The translations under genes and the position numbers were made by a program. From positions 1-62,436 of the IMG/VR virus record IMGVR_UViG_3300023440_000005: 62,436 bases of DNA; one strand, given 5' to 3'. Of this stretch, positions 30,548 to 41,156 are shown in pieces. The notes below the pieces were generated by a model, which saw nothing but the letters and a program-made list of their open reading frames with translations, ran no database searches and was not told where the DNA came from. This DNA comes from a virus (Duplodnaviria > Caudoviricetes). Each line of letters starts with the position of its first letter. Positions within the stretch are counted from its first letter, which is position 1.

Positions 30548-30982
30548 TTAGAAACGATTTAAGAGTTTATATTCCATATCAGCTAAACCTATAATGACTC
30601 TATTCCCATCTAGTTTTTCTAGTAGATAGACCTGCTCTTTATATCGATTTTTAATAATCTTATTTATTTTATCTAACAGAATATTCGATAGGTCTAAAAT
30701 TTTAACTATAAAAGTATCATCTAGATCCTCATCAGGGTCAAAATTAATCATAACTTTTATTTCATACACTAGATCTGGAAGGGCATCAAAAAACGAATCC
30801 ACAATCTCGATATCCGAATCAGGTATTGAGATTATAATGCTGTCTAAAACCCTAGTACATATACTATCTACAAACTCAGTAGTACATTCTAAGGGTTTAT
30901 GTTCCATGACAAACTTTTCCAAATCTTTCCTGAAATCATTAATTTCATCCAACTCTATTAAATATCTATGTAAAATCTTCAT
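30548..30982 (-). CDS. Acidic hypothetical protein downstream of phuZ
   Basis: 144-aa ORF coupled to phuZ; resembles the paralog cluster at 28509-29694. Confidence 0.6.
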   Translation of the reverse strand: MKILHRYLIELDEINDFRKDLEKFVMEHKPLECTTEFVDSICTRVLDSIIISIPDSDIEIVDSFFDALPDLVYEIKVMINFDPDEDLDDTFIVKILDLSNILLDKINKIIKNRYKEQVYLLEKLDGNRVIIGLADMEYKLLNRF

Positions 30983-30986
30983 GTGG

Positions 30987-31958
30987 TTAAAGTATCAATC
31001 CCTCTTGGGTTCCCTCGTCATTATCATTGAGTATACTTTTAGATATAACTACAGTTCTAGCTTCATCATACACTTCTAATGTAGACTCCAAGGATTCTAC
31101 AATCTTATTAAAGTAGCCAGCGTTTATAGTGTAATGAATAGGAATATCCATCCCGATATCGGATTTAACTTTATCAGGCATATATCCTACACACTGGTAT
31201 TCTACAGACTCACCTAGTTCTGAATTAGTATCAGAACTAGTTAAGGTCGCTACTGTTATTATAGTCTGCCCTCTTACAGACTCTATATTAGATTCATGAA
31301 ATTCTAGTAGGGCTAGTTGTGGTGGGTATGATGTAACATTATTATAGTTAATAAAGTTAGTTAAGTCTGATAGATCTAATTCTTTATTATCCGATGAAAA
31401 TAATGTAGCTAGCAGAACTATCGCTGTTGAGATATTTGTATCTACATGAGATCTAGGCGTTGCTACACCGTTCTCTCTATAAAACATACATACTGGGTTA
31501 CCTTTTTTATTAGCTATCATCTCGTATGATTTGAGGGTCTTAAGTGTATTCTCAGCCTCTATACGAGAGTTAGAGCTACCTATAGCTAAAACTACTACAT
31601 TTTTACCCCTACTTAACAATTCGCTAACGATGATGGGTCCCAACGTGGATCCAGTCCCTCCGCTGAGACTGTGTACTACTATATTTATATCAGATGGTTT
31701 AAACTGATGTAGGATATCTTTACTACATTCTAATAAGGCCTTATAGTTAGATTTACGTACCTTACCTGAACCATCTAACCCTTCAACTAGATATATTTTT
31801 TCACTATCTATTTCAGAATGTATGTTAGATGACGATGTATCAATATAGTAGGCTTCTATCTCAGCATAACCATACTCTTTATTCCCAATATACTTTCCCA
31901 TTTCAGAGGTTACATTTAAAGCGGCTCCGCCAGCTGCATATATTGTTAATTTACTCAT
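30987..31958 (-). CDS. phuZ: PhuZ phage tubulin
   Basis: AAGGAALN, YIDTS.SN, DGSGK.R, tubulin signature SLSGGTGS, DLSDL, acidic tail ending EGLIL. Confidence 0.95.
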   Translation of the reverse strand: MSKLTIYAAGGAALNVTSEMGKYIGNKEYGYAEIEAYYIDTSSSNIHSEIDSEKIYLVEGLDGSGKVRKSNYKALLECSKDILHQFKPSDINIVVHSLSGGTGSTLGPIIVSELLSRGKNVVVLAIGSSNSRIEAENTLKTLKSYEMIANKKGNPVCMFYRENGVATPRSHVDTNISTAIVLLATLFSSDNKELDLSDLTNFINYNNVTSYPPQLALLEFHESNIESVRGQTIITVATLTSSDTNSELGESVEYQCVGYMPDKVKSDIGMDIPIHYTINAGYFNKIVESLESTLEVYDEARTVVISKSILNDNDEGTQEGLIL

Positions 31959-32029
31959 AGTATTTTCTCCAATTGTTATTTACGTTTTAAATCTTTAAGT
32001 CTTTTTTATCTTAATGGTTTTATTAGAAG

Positions 32030-32070
32030 TATATGATAGTATCTTAGCTATCATATATAGTATATACTAC
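32030..32070 (-). promoter_or_regulatory. Putative early promoter plus 5' hairpin module for phuZ
   Basis: tatatgatag-tatcttag-ctatcatata-tagtatatac. Confidence 0.6.
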
Positions 32071-32128
32071 TAGAATCTTTCGAATACCATTACCTCTAGA
32101 CACCTAATTAACTTTCATATTAAAAAAA

Positions 32129-32171
32129 GATAGGATCTCATACAGCCATAGTAGCTGTATGAGATCCTATC
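32129..32171 (-). terminator. Intrinsic terminator
   Basis: 18-bp stem GATAGGATCTCATACAGC/GCTGTATGAGATCCTATC followed by T7 on the - strand. Confidence 0.8.
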
Positions 32172-32188
32172 CCTTATTAAGTTTGTAT

Positions 32189-32797
32189 CTAGCATAACTC
32201 CATTATCATGGGACTACTTACGGATAGATCGTCTATTTGTATCCATACCTCTTTTAATGCATCTTCATATACAGTTATATAATCTTCATCATAAGAGGTA
32301 TAACCATTCCTTCCAAACTTATCTTTCATATGTTTCACAACTTCTAATTGAGGATTCTCAGTAGCTTTAGCAGTAGTGAACGCATACGATCTTTTAACCA
32401 TATCTTTCAATATGGGTTTACCCCTATCCGCTAATCTCACTAATCTAGCTACTCCATGCAATCGCTCTTTAGGTCTAAGAGAAGCTCTATGCCAATATAC
32501 AGCATCTGCTATACTCTCTATAGACTCATGGGATAAAGATGTTAACCAGATATTAGATCGTGCCATCACATAATCTCTAGCTAACTTGTGATGCATAGCT
32601 CTATTTAGACTACTAAATATATCATGTGTTAGAGCCGCTATTATGATTTCAGATTCTGGAACTCCTACTCCTAAGGTTTTATTCAATAATAAAGCTTCAT
32701 TTTTGACTATTAACACATGGTCTATTTGATGTGCTTTATCGTTATATCGATAAAACTCTCTATTGTAAAAGTTTTCTAACCCCTTATAACTATTCAT
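32189..32797 (-). CDS. HD-domain phosphohydrolase; start probably MNSYK (32797)
   Basis: AHQIDH, LTHDI, HH, WHRAS, LADRG; GGAG RBS and ATATATACTATA motif (32819-32837) upstream of 32797. Confidence 0.85.
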   Translation of the reverse strand: MNSYKGLENFYNREFYRYNDKAHQIDHVLIVKNEALLLNKTLGVGVPESEIIIAALTHDIFSSLNRAMHHKLARDYVMARSNIWLTSLSHESIESIADAVYWHRASLRPKERLHGVARLVRLADRGKPILKDMVKRSYAFTTAKATENPQLEVVKHMKDKFGRNGYTSYDEDYITVYEDALKEVWIQIDDLSVSSPMIMELC

Positions 32798-32879
32798 ATA
32801 CACTCCCAGTTGGTTATACATATATAGTATATATAACTGAATAAAGCCCATCATTTTATCAACACATCTACTCAATAGC

Positions 32880-33411
32880 TAAGTAAGGTTTCTTCCTTAA
32901 CGTAAATATCTGATATTTAGTTGTCAGTTAATACTCTCCTAGTTAATATAAAAAAGTGTAATCTTAGAGATGCTTAAAATCTAACTAGAGTAGTCATATT
33001 AGGATATAAATTACTATAGGACTGTTTCAGTATTTCATATTTTCTTGGGAAAATATTCCATCCGGTTAAAAACACTGGGTAGCTAGTATCATTATTTGTA
33101 AAATACTAGCCCGCAAGGTAATTTAGCATCCTGTGAAAAAACGTGGGGCTCCGCCCCCCTCCAGTACCCGTTTTTCTAGTAGCCTCCCTCGTCTTTGACT
33201 CGTGTTTCTTTTTTTAACCCTTTCACTCGCTTCGCTCACAGTTTTCCCATTATATATTTCACACTCAGGTCCCTGCATAATATATACATAATATAATTAT
33301 TTTTTTTCATTCAATGTCAGATAGAAAATGTATATATGACCTAGATAAGACGTTAATAGATTATAATAGACTAGTTAATATAATGGGACTTATACTATTG
33401 GAGATAAATAC
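32880..33411. other. Long divergent non-coding region with a GC-rich island; candidate origin or packaging region
   Basis: No ORF of 60 aa or more; strand switch; GGGGCTCCGCCCC and CACTCGCTTCGCTCAC motifs flanked by T/AT tracts. Confidence 0.4.
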
Positions 33412-33897
33412 ATGCCTATTTTTAAACTTAACGATATTAAGAGTGGTGGTAAAAACGAAGTAGAGGGAGATGATGTTGATGGTAAAAACGAAGTAGAGGG
33501 AGATGATGTTGATGGTAAAGAAAAGGGTGAGGTGGATAAGTCTGTTAAGCTGGTTAAGTTAGAAGGGTCATTGAGCTCTATATATACGGAAGCTCTACTT
33601 AAAGAATATTCATTAGAGGGACTATCAGCTTCAGGAATGGTTGATAATGATTATGATGACGTTAAAGTAGATAAAAGTTACCTTTATGCTACTAGTGGTG
33701 ATGATTTATCGATAGCAGATGCTAATATGATTATAAAAGATATTAGTGCTACTTTAGATGAAGACTATGATAAAAGAACTATCAGTATCTCTAAGGTTAA
33801 AAGAACCACTCCTGCATTACAGTTAGTAGATGACTATGCTAGAGATATTGGGTTTGACGTTGTATATGGAGATCGTAAAATGAGCACCATGATATGA
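33412..33897 (+). CDS. Acidic hypothetical protein (SLE motif, possible head protein)
   Basis: GGAG RBS; LEGSLS.IYTEAL...YSLEG. Confidence 0.65.
   Translation: MPIFKLNDIKSGGKNEVEGDDVDGKNEVEGDDVDGKEKGEVDKSVKLVKLEGSLSSIYTEALLKEYSLEGLSASGMVDNDYDDVKVDKSYLYATSGDDLSIADANMIIKDISATLDEDYDKRTISISKVKRTTPALQLVDDYARDIGFDVVYGDRKMSTMI
33448..33519 (+). repeat. Exact 33-nt tandem duplication (GKNEVEGDDVD x2)
   Basis: Copies start at 33448 and 33481. Confidence 0.95.
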
Positions 33898-35117
33898 TTA
33901 CTATTAAAATGGTACTTGACCCATTCTTTAAAGATGTCAAGTTTAATAAAAGTCTGGGTAAAAAATTTAGTAGGTATATATTAGATTATACACATAGTGA
34001 TAAGGGTAACTTGGAGTTCTTTAGTAGTAACTTATTAGGGATACATCCAGCTAGGTATACAGATAGACAGATACTTATGCTATTCAGTGATATATTAGAT
34101 GTTGATTTTCTAGATATAAAGGATGGGCTGACCACTGTTGATGAGATTAATCAAAACTTTAAGATATCTAGTGATGTATTTAATATAGTTATTGTATATT
34201 GCACACATAGATTTCTCACATCGTCTCTTTTAAAAGATAGGGAACGGATAGAGTATGCTAAAATCACTATAAGTATATTCTACTATAGAACCCTAGCTGT
34301 ATTAGTAGCCCATGGGTTTAAATTCAACGCTAATAAAGCTATAGTAGAGGCTGCTTATTCTAACCTTAATAATAAATACCTTATCAAGAAACTAGGTAGT
34401 TGGAATAAGGTTGTACAGTATAGGGTCGATAATATCATAGATGGTAAAAGTAAACATTTTAGAACTCTTACTAACTTCGATGATGATAGTCGAATTCTAT
34501 ACATAATAACTGATAGTCAGGGTTCTATTAAAACCCTTTTCCAAAGTTATTATAGTGAGATAGTTAAAGCTAAGGATAATAATGAGATGTTAATATCAGC
34601 TAGTAATACCATCGATGATGTCGATGGAAATGAGATATTACGTGATAAGGTAGGGGGTGTAGAGAGTGACATCTTGAAACTACTACATCTCATACCTGAA
34701 GAACGGGCTTTCATTAGGGTTGAATTATTATCTGTTATAGGAGATCTCAATAAGAATGCTAACATAACTACTGTAAGAGAGTTCCTAGTTTGGATATCAA
34801 CTAATTATAGTAGTGGTTATGGTAGTAAGATAGAGGAGTTTATACGAGGTATATTAGTATACTCTAATGAGTATCTTACTACTCAAAGATCTGATATTAA
34901 ATTTAATGATCTATCTACTATGCTAATAACACTACGAAATGTACTAGTATCTAGTCGTAATCAAGATGTTCTATTTTTAAATAATAAGAAGTTATATGAC
35001 AAATTAATTAAGGGGTCTAAAATCAAAATAAATAATAAAAATATATATTCAGCTAATCGTACCTCGGTAGCATTATATATAATACTACTAAATTTCATGG
35101 TGAATAAAAGTGTCTAA
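33894..35117 (+). CDS. Conserved jumbo-phage virion protein
   Basis: 407 aa; EFFSSNLLG.H, FKISSDVFN, L.NKYLIKKLGSW, RT.V.LYI pattern. Confidence 0.65.
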   Translation: MITIKMVLDPFFKDVKFNKSLGKKFSRYILDYTHSDKGNLEFFSSNLLGIHPARYTDRQILMLFSDILDVDFLDIKDGLTTVDEINQNFKISSDVFNIVIVYCTHRFLTSSLLKDRERIEYAKITISIFYYRTLAVLVAHGFKFNANKAIVEAAYSNLNNKYLIKKLGSWNKVVQYRVDNIIDGKSKHFRTLTNFDDDSRILYIITDSQGSIKTLFQSYYSEIVKAKDNNEMLISASNTIDDVDGNEILRDKVGGVESDILKLLHLIPEERAFIRVELLSVIGDLNKNANITTVREFLVWISTNYSSGYGSKIEEFIRGILVYSNEYLTTQRSDIKFNDLSTMLITLRNVLVSSRNQDVLFLNNKKLYDKLIKGSKIKINNKNIYSANRTSVALYIILLNFMVNKSV

Positions 35118-35592
35118 CAAAATACTACAATTATATTATTCTTGGAAGTATCGTAAGTACTTAAAACTTATGCCTATTTTAGAGGCCTATGCAGATACCT
35201 TCAGTAAAAGTCATACAACTAAGGTTGGCGCTTATATAGTAAATAGTGATCTTAATGTTATATCTCACGGGTATAATGGGGCTCCTAGAGGATGTAGTGC
35301 AGATGAGGTTGGTGATGCCAGGAGTAAAGGTCAGGATAAGCTTAAATGGGTTGTTCATGCCGAGGTTAATAGTATAACTAATATGGTCAGATTAGGTAGT
35401 AGCGCATTAGATACTACTATATTAACCACACATTACCCCTGTTTAGATTGTGCTAAAATTATAACTCAAGTTGGTATATCTGCGGTTATAACCTATAAAC
35501 CTACTGGTAAATTTGCTATTAAATGGGGTGAAAGTATAATTGAGTCTAGAAAGCTTTTTAAAGAAGTGGGTATCGTAGTAGTAGAAATATAA
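35110..35592 (+). CDS. dCMP deaminase (ComEB-like)
   Basis: KVGAYIV, GYNG.PRG, HAE.N, PCLDC zinc motifs. Confidence 0.92.
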   Translation: MSNKILQLYYSWKYRKYLKLMPILEAYADTFSKSHTTKVGAYIVNSDLNVISHGYNGAPRGCSADEVGDARSKGQDKLKWVVHAEVNSITNMVRLGSSALDTTILTTHYPCLDCAKIITQVGISAVITYKPTGKFAIKWGESIIESRKLFKEVGIVVVEI

Positions 35593-35597
35593 ATAAC

Positions 35598-35639
35598 ATC
35601 TATATGCCACACTACCTATAGGTAGTGTGGCATATAGAT
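35598..35639. terminator. Perfect 42-bp palindrome
   Basis: ATCTATATGCCACACTACCTA/TAGGTAGTGTGGCATATAGAT. Confidence 0.6.
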
Positions 35640-35717
35640 ATAACTCAATAACTAACCTATATTGTAAAAAGAGATTGGTGGGTATATGATATAACTACAC
35701 TTACTATAGGTTAACTT

Positions 35718-37856
35718 ATGACTATACTTTTCAAAAATGACTGGAACAGCTATCCTAATGCCATTATAGATGCTACTACTACAAATCAATCATTTATAGA
35801 TATGGCTAGCAAGTATAAGATGATGGGGATAGATAATCACACGTTTCCATTACAATTACATAACCCTGATTTAAAGGGGGTTAACCCATTTGATCCAGAC
35901 CTAACACAAGAGCTTAAAATATTAATAGCTGTAGAATGTAAGAATAATTTTTTTTATTACATTAGGGAATGTGTAAGGGTTCCTGGTGGAGCGTATGATG
36001 ATCCGATAAAGTTTAAAGCTAATCGTGGTAATATGGCTTTGTTTTGGGTATTTTTCAATCACTGTACGTTATTTCTAATACAACCTAGACAAACCGGTAA
36101 AAGCTTTTCTACTGATGTGTTAATGAGGTACTTACTTAATATAAGATGTACTAACACCCAAATAAACTTACTTACTAAGGATGATAAGTTAAGAGCCGCC
36201 AACTTAGAGAGACTTAAAAATTTAGAATTAGAACTACCTATTTATTTACAACAGAGGGTTAGGACTGATCTAGCTAATAGTGAAGAGTTAACTATAAAAT
36301 CACTAGGTAATAAATATATAGGCCACCTACCTAATAGATCTCCTAAACTAGCTGCTAATGTAGGACGTGGTTTAACGTCTCCTATATTTCAAATAGATGA
36401 AGCTGCATATTTTTATAATATTAAATTAACGCTCCCTGCAGCCCTTGCTGCTGGAACTGCAGCAAGGGAAATGGCCTTACGTAAGAACGAACCGTATGGT
36501 ACAATCTTAACATCTACCGCAGGTAAAAAGGATGATAGTGATGGAAGTTACGCTTACAATATTATTTCAGATGCAATGATTTGGACTGAACGACTATTGG
36601 ATAGTTCTGATATAGTTAAGCTACATGACACTATAAGGACTAATAGTCCCAAAGGCACATTAAGACTAAACTGCACATTCAGCCACACACAACTTGGATA
36701 TAGTGATGTTTGGTTACTAGATGCTTTAGAGAGTTCCATGTCACAGGGTGAGGAAGCAGATAGAGATTTTTTTAATAGATGGACATCAGGTAGTCAATCA
36801 TCACCACTATCGGTAGCACAATCTGAAAAAATAAGATCATCAGAAGTTCTAGATTCATATCCATATATGATGGATTCATATAACTATGTAACTAGATGTT
36901 ATGTAGAATTTATAGAGATCTACCTTAGATCTGGTAAATTTATCATGGCTATAGATACATCTGAAGCATTAGGTGGTGAAAATGATGAGATCTCATTTAT
37001 CATTAGAGATGTATATACTGGTAGTATAGTAGCAGCAGGTAACTATAATGAGACTAACCTTATAACATTTTCTGCATGGGTATTCGAATGGATTCTAAAA
37101 TTCCCTACTATAACTCTTATTATCGAGAGGAGATCTACTGGCATCATGGTTATAGATTATATTACTATGATGCTAATATCTAAAGGTATAGATCCATTTA
37201 CTAGGCTGTACAATACAATAGTTCAGAATCATTTAGATGAGCCTGCTAAGTTTAGGGAGATTAGTAAACAGAGTATGAGTATGAGTCTAGAAACAGTTAC
37301 CAAATATAAAAGATATTTTGGGTTTGCTACATCTTCTACTGGATTAACTTCCAGATCTGAATTATACGGTTCTACATTCATGAGTGCTATTAAACTAACT
37401 GGTGATAGGGTTAATGATAGTAAAACTATAGATCAGCTTTTAGGACTTATCATTAAGAATGGTCGTATAGATCATTCATCAGGTGGTCACGATGATATGG
37501 TTATAGCATGGTTATTATCATTTTGGATGTTAACACATGGTAAAGGTCTAGAGTATTATGGTATACAACCTCGTAATGTACTTAAAGATAATAGTGTGCA
37601 TAAGATTGATAATAACCCCATTGATCTATATGAAACCAGACGGGAAGAGGGTGTCAGGGTAGAGATAGAACATATTGTAGAAAAGCTTAAAAATACTAAT
37701 GATCCATTTATGCTGATTAAGCTAGAGAATAAACTTAGACATCTTTCTAGTAAACTTAATGATAGGGATCGTGATATACTTTCAGTAGATAGTCTGATTG
37801 AATTGCTTAAAGATGAACGGTCGAACTTTAAGAGTAGGTGGAAAAATAGATACTGA
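35718..37856 (+). CDS. terL: Terminase large subunit (phiKZ gp25-like)
   Basis: Walker A QPRQTGKS, Walker B FQIDEAA, nuclease motifs AIDTSE, IIERRSTG, GHDDMVIAW. Confidence 0.93.
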   Translation: MTILFKNDWNSYPNAIIDATTTNQSFIDMASKYKMMGIDNHTFPLQLHNPDLKGVNPFDPDLTQELKILIAVECKNNFFYYIRECVRVPGGAYDDPIKFKANRGNMALFWVFFNHCTLFLIQPRQTGKSFSTDVLMRYLLNIRCTNTQINLLTKDDKLRAANLERLKNLELELPIYLQQRVRTDLANSEELTIKSLGNKYIGHLPNRSPKLAANVGRGLTSPIFQIDEAAYFYNIKLTLPAALAAGTAAREMALRKNEPYGTILTSTAGKKDDSDGSYAYNIISDAMIWTERLLDSSDIVKLHDTIRTNSPKGTLRLNCTFSHTQLGYSDVWLLDALESSMSQGEEADRDFFNRWTSGSQSSPLSVAQSEKIRSSEVLDSYPYMMDSYNYVTRCYVEFIEIYLRSGKFIMAIDTSEALGGENDEISFIIRDVYTGSIVAAGNYNETNLITFSAWVFEWILKFPTITLIIERRSTGIMVIDYITMMLISKGIDPFTRLYNTIVQNHLDEPAKFREISKQSMSMSLETVTKYKRYFGFATSSTGLTSRSELYGSTFMSAIKLTGDRVNDSKTIDQLLGLIIKNGRIDHSSGGHDDMVIAWLLSFWMLTHGKGLEYYGIQPRNVLKDNSVHKIDNNPIDLYETRREEGVRVEIEHIVEKLKNTNDPFMLIKLENKLRHLSSKLNDRDRDILSVDSLIELLKDERSNFKSRWKNRY

Positions 37857-37902
37857 TGTATAGTCTGTAGAATTGAGTAGTTAGTAGATTTCATACTAGA
37901 CA

Positions 37903-37946
37903 TATAGTGCTAGGTCAGTCCTTATAAGGACTGACCTAGCACTATA
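37903..37946. terminator. Perfect 44-bp palindrome between convergent genes
   Basis: TATAGTGCTAGGTCAGTCCTTA/TAAGGACTGACCTAGCACTATA. Confidence 0.7.
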
Positions 37947-37956
37947 GGGATATCTT

Positions 37957-38937
37957 TTAAACTAAGGTAAAATCTAAATCATCTAACGACTCCGTTGATA
38001 TATTAGACGTAGACTCATCTATTAAACCTTTAAATGATTTTACAAATTCATCACCTTTATTACGCCTACCTAATAGATCCGTAAACTTTGCAATTGTGCT
38101 ATTTTTATAATTACGTTCGGTTAAAGCTGTAAATACCAGAGCCATCCATGTAGGCGGTAGTTCCAGTGCTACACCTAGAATATCTTTAGAGTTATTACCA
38201 AACCAACTATTACGTATAAGTGTTAGTAATATAGTTAGATCAAAACCCTTTAGACGTAACGATCCTGTTATCTCAGGCAACGCTTTAGCAAAAAGATCAA
38301 TACTATAGATGTCTTCCATTTGGTCTACTATCTTAAAAACTAAGTCACTATTCACTTTCGTAGTCTTTATGGTATGAGCAACTATCATCTGTTTATCATT
38401 TTCACTTAGAGATTTACCTTCTAAGAATAAGGATTGGTAGAATATATTAGATGCTACAGTTAGTGATTCTTTAGCATTAAAGTCTAACACATATGCTTTA
38501 GCTATAACGTCTGATAACCAAGCTGAATATATAATACCTGCAAATGGTAATGTTAGTTTTAACTCACCTATATTACCTGCAAGCCATTGTAAGTTTAAGA
38601 TCGATCGAGCTTTGATGAAGTTATATTCGGTAACATTTCTAATACTCTTACTTATATTACCAATATCAACAGCACCTTTAACGACTAGTCTAAGATCTGT
38701 AGCTAGAAATTTCTTTTCACCGTCAGTAAATGACATAGGGTGGTTGAATACTTTTACATCACTTTCAGCCGGTCCATAGTTGGTTAAGTAAATTGGTACT
38801 ATCCCATCCATACTGATAACGTTTAGATTAACGGTATCTAAGGATGAAATAATAACAGCTTTTTTTATAGCTAGTTTAATATCATCAATATCATAAATAC
38901 TACCTAGTGTAGTATGATAACTATCTTTATAAATCAT
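37957..38937 (-). CDS. Conserved virion protein divergent from the sheath gene (phiKZ gp28-like position)
   Basis: 326 aa; Y.TT.G, FNHP, VALE.PPTW.ALV motifs. Confidence 0.65.
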   Translation of the reverse strand: MIYKDSYHTTLGSIYDIDDIKLAIKKAVIISSLDTVNLNVISMDGIVPIYLTNYGPAESDVKVFNHPMSFTDGEKKFLATDLRLVVKGAVDIGNISKSIRNVTEYNFIKARSILNLQWLAGNIGELKLTLPFAGIIYSAWLSDVIAKAYVLDFNAKESLTVASNIFYQSLFLEGKSLSENDKQMIVAHTIKTTKVNSDLVFKIVDQMEDIYSIDLFAKALPEITGSLRLKGFDLTILLTLIRNSWFGNNSKDILGVALELPPTWMALVFTALTERNYKNSTIAKFTDLLGRRNKGDEFVKSFKGLIDESTSNISTESLDDLDFTLV

Positions 38938-38967
38938 TTTTTTTCACCTAATTGAGGGAAGTAAGAT

Positions 38968-41079
38968 ATGGCTAATCAAATTGTTAATGCCGCCCCTATG
39001 ACTATAGATAGAGGTACTCAAGATTTAAGTACCCGTCTGGTCCCAAGAACGCCCGAGGCTATTCCACAACATTTACCTAAATTCTTTTTATTCACAGAAA
39101 AAGGACCTTCAGAACCTCAGTTAGTAGTAGGGGCTGAAAGAGATAAGGTTTTCGGATCTAAGACATTTGACCCATTAGGAAAGTATTCTAACCATAGTAC
39201 TGTATATGCTAATTTAGCTAATGCTAATGCTAATGCATGTATGATACAACGGGTAATACCTACTGATGCTGGTCCTGAAGGTAATATGATTCTATGGTTA
39301 GATGTGTTAGAATCAGATGTAGATACATATGCTAGAGATGCTTCTGGTAAAATTATTTTAGATGCTTTGGGGTTACCTACCATAACTGGTACTATCATCG
39401 GTTATAAGTTTAAATGGGTTCTAACTAGTAATAGTACGACTGTTACAGCTCAAGCATTTGGTACATTAGCTAGCATGGCGGGAGATCAAACTGGGGTAAT
39501 TACTACATTAAGTGCTACTGGGACACCTGTGATAACACCATCCCAGTCTATTAGATATCCTATAATGGAAATCAAAGCAGCTAATGTTGGTGAATATGGT
39601 AACCGTATTGGTATACGTTTAAGCGCCCCTACCATAGATTCACTAAGTCAGATGCCTACTAAGTTAATGGCTAATGAGAAGGTATATCCTTATCATATCA
39701 GCGTAATTAAAAGACCTGACTTGAATACTACGCCTCATTTAGTGAAAACTCTATTTGGTGAAAGTTTTACCACTGTTACATTTAAACCAGATAGCTTTGA
39801 CCCTTTAACTAGTAAACCACTGTTTATAGGCGATACATTTATAGACGCATATCAAAATATATCAGATCCAAGATATGCTAAAGTTTATGGTGATTTTGGA
39901 ACTACTTTTATATATAATAATAATATTTCCACTATACTAAATAATTTTCATACTAAAGAATCTCTATATTTAACAGCATTTAGTGATATAACTACAAATA
40001 TTGATAGCAAATATCTAATTAACCTAGTATCAGGAGTATCCTCTTTTAATTCGCCATATGAGTCATTACAAATGGTGTCAGATTCAAATAGTGTATTATT
40101 TTCTGAATTTACCAATGTTTATGCAGCTGGCGGTAGTGATGGTACTATTAATAATACTATACACGCTGATTTAGTTACAGCTGAGATGGCTAGATATTTA
40201 GATGCTAATGATAGTATCCAAGATATTGCAGTGAATGTAGAGTCCATCGTTTACGATACTGGATTCCCATTAGCCACTAAATATGCATTGATTAATGCTA
40301 TTGGTATACGTAAAGATATGTTTGTAGTATTGGGAGTACATGAAGTAGATAGTCCCATATTGACTGCTAGTGAAGAACATAGTCTAGCTATCGCATTACG
40401 TACTAGATTACAATCCTTTCCAGAATCTGATTATTTTGGTACTCCAGTTATGCGTGGTATGATAGTTGGTAGATCTGGTAAGATACGTAATAACGTATAT
40501 ACAAAGAATCTCCCATTAACAGCCGAAGTATTAGTTAAATCAGCTATCTATATGGGATCTAGTAATGGTCGGTGGAAAAATGGTAGTCATTTTGATGGGG
40601 CACCAGGGAGTATAATTGATAGTATGTATGATATCAATATCACATGGGTTCCTACTGATATACGTAATCGTAATTGGGATGTTGGTCTAAATTGGGTACA
40701 AGCATATGATCGCACCTCGTATTTCTTCCCAGCTCTTAAAACTATCTATAATAACGACACTTCAGTATTAAATAGTTATTTGACCGCATTAGCTATAGGA
40801 CAGTTGAATAAAATCTCACATAGCGCATGGAGAGAGTTTTCGGGGGTAGCCCATTTGACTAATGGGCAGTTGGTATCTAGAGTTAATGATTTCGTTTCTA
40901 ATGCAGTAAAAGATATCTTCGATGGTAGATTTGTTATTCAGCCGAATGCATACTTTTCTGATTTAGATATCACTAGAGGGTATAGTTGGACATTACCCAT
41001 TCGCATATATGCTGCTAATATGAAGACTGTTATGACAACTTACGTCCAAGCCTATAGACTTGATACACTTCAACCTTAG
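38968..41079 (+). CDS. Contractile tail sheath protein (phiKZ gp29-like)
   Basis: 703 aa; NAAP...RGTQDLS, PQHLP.F, YDTGFPLATK, PESDYFGTPVMRG, ANMKTVMT. Confidence 0.88.
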   Translation: MANQIVNAAPMTIDRGTQDLSTRLVPRTPEAIPQHLPKFFLFTEKGPSEPQLVVGAERDKVFGSKTFDPLGKYSNHSTVYANLANANANACMIQRVIPTDAGPEGNMILWLDVLESDVDTYARDASGKIILDALGLPTITGTIIGYKFKWVLTSNSTTVTAQAFGTLASMAGDQTGVITTLSATGTPVITPSQSIRYPIMEIKAANVGEYGNRIGIRLSAPTIDSLSQMPTKLMANEKVYPYHISVIKRPDLNTTPHLVKTLFGESFTTVTFKPDSFDPLTSKPLFIGDTFIDAYQNISDPRYAKVYGDFGTTFIYNNNISTILNNFHTKESLYLTAFSDITTNIDSKYLINLVSGVSSFNSPYESLQMVSDSNSVLFSEFTNVYAAGGSDGTINNTIHADLVTAEMARYLDANDSIQDIAVNVESIVYDTGFPLATKYALINAIGIRKDMFVVLGVHEVDSPILTASEEHSLAIALRTRLQSFPESDYFGTPVMRGMIVGRSGKIRNNVYTKNLPLTAEVLVKSAIYMGSSNGRWKNGSHFDGAPGSIIDSMYDINITWVPTDIRNRNWDVGLNWVQAYDRTSYFFPALKTIYNNDTSVLNSYLTALAIGQLNKISHSAWREFSGVAHLTNGQLVSRVNDFVSNAVKDIFDGRFVIQPNAYFSDLDITRGYSWTLPIRIYAANMKTVMTTYVQAYRLDTLQP

Positions 41080-41156
41080 TTTAATATGTAAGGGGTTAGT
41101 GTTAGCTAATCCCTTTATTCCTTTTATTTAAAATTATAAATCTTTAGGAGTCAGAA

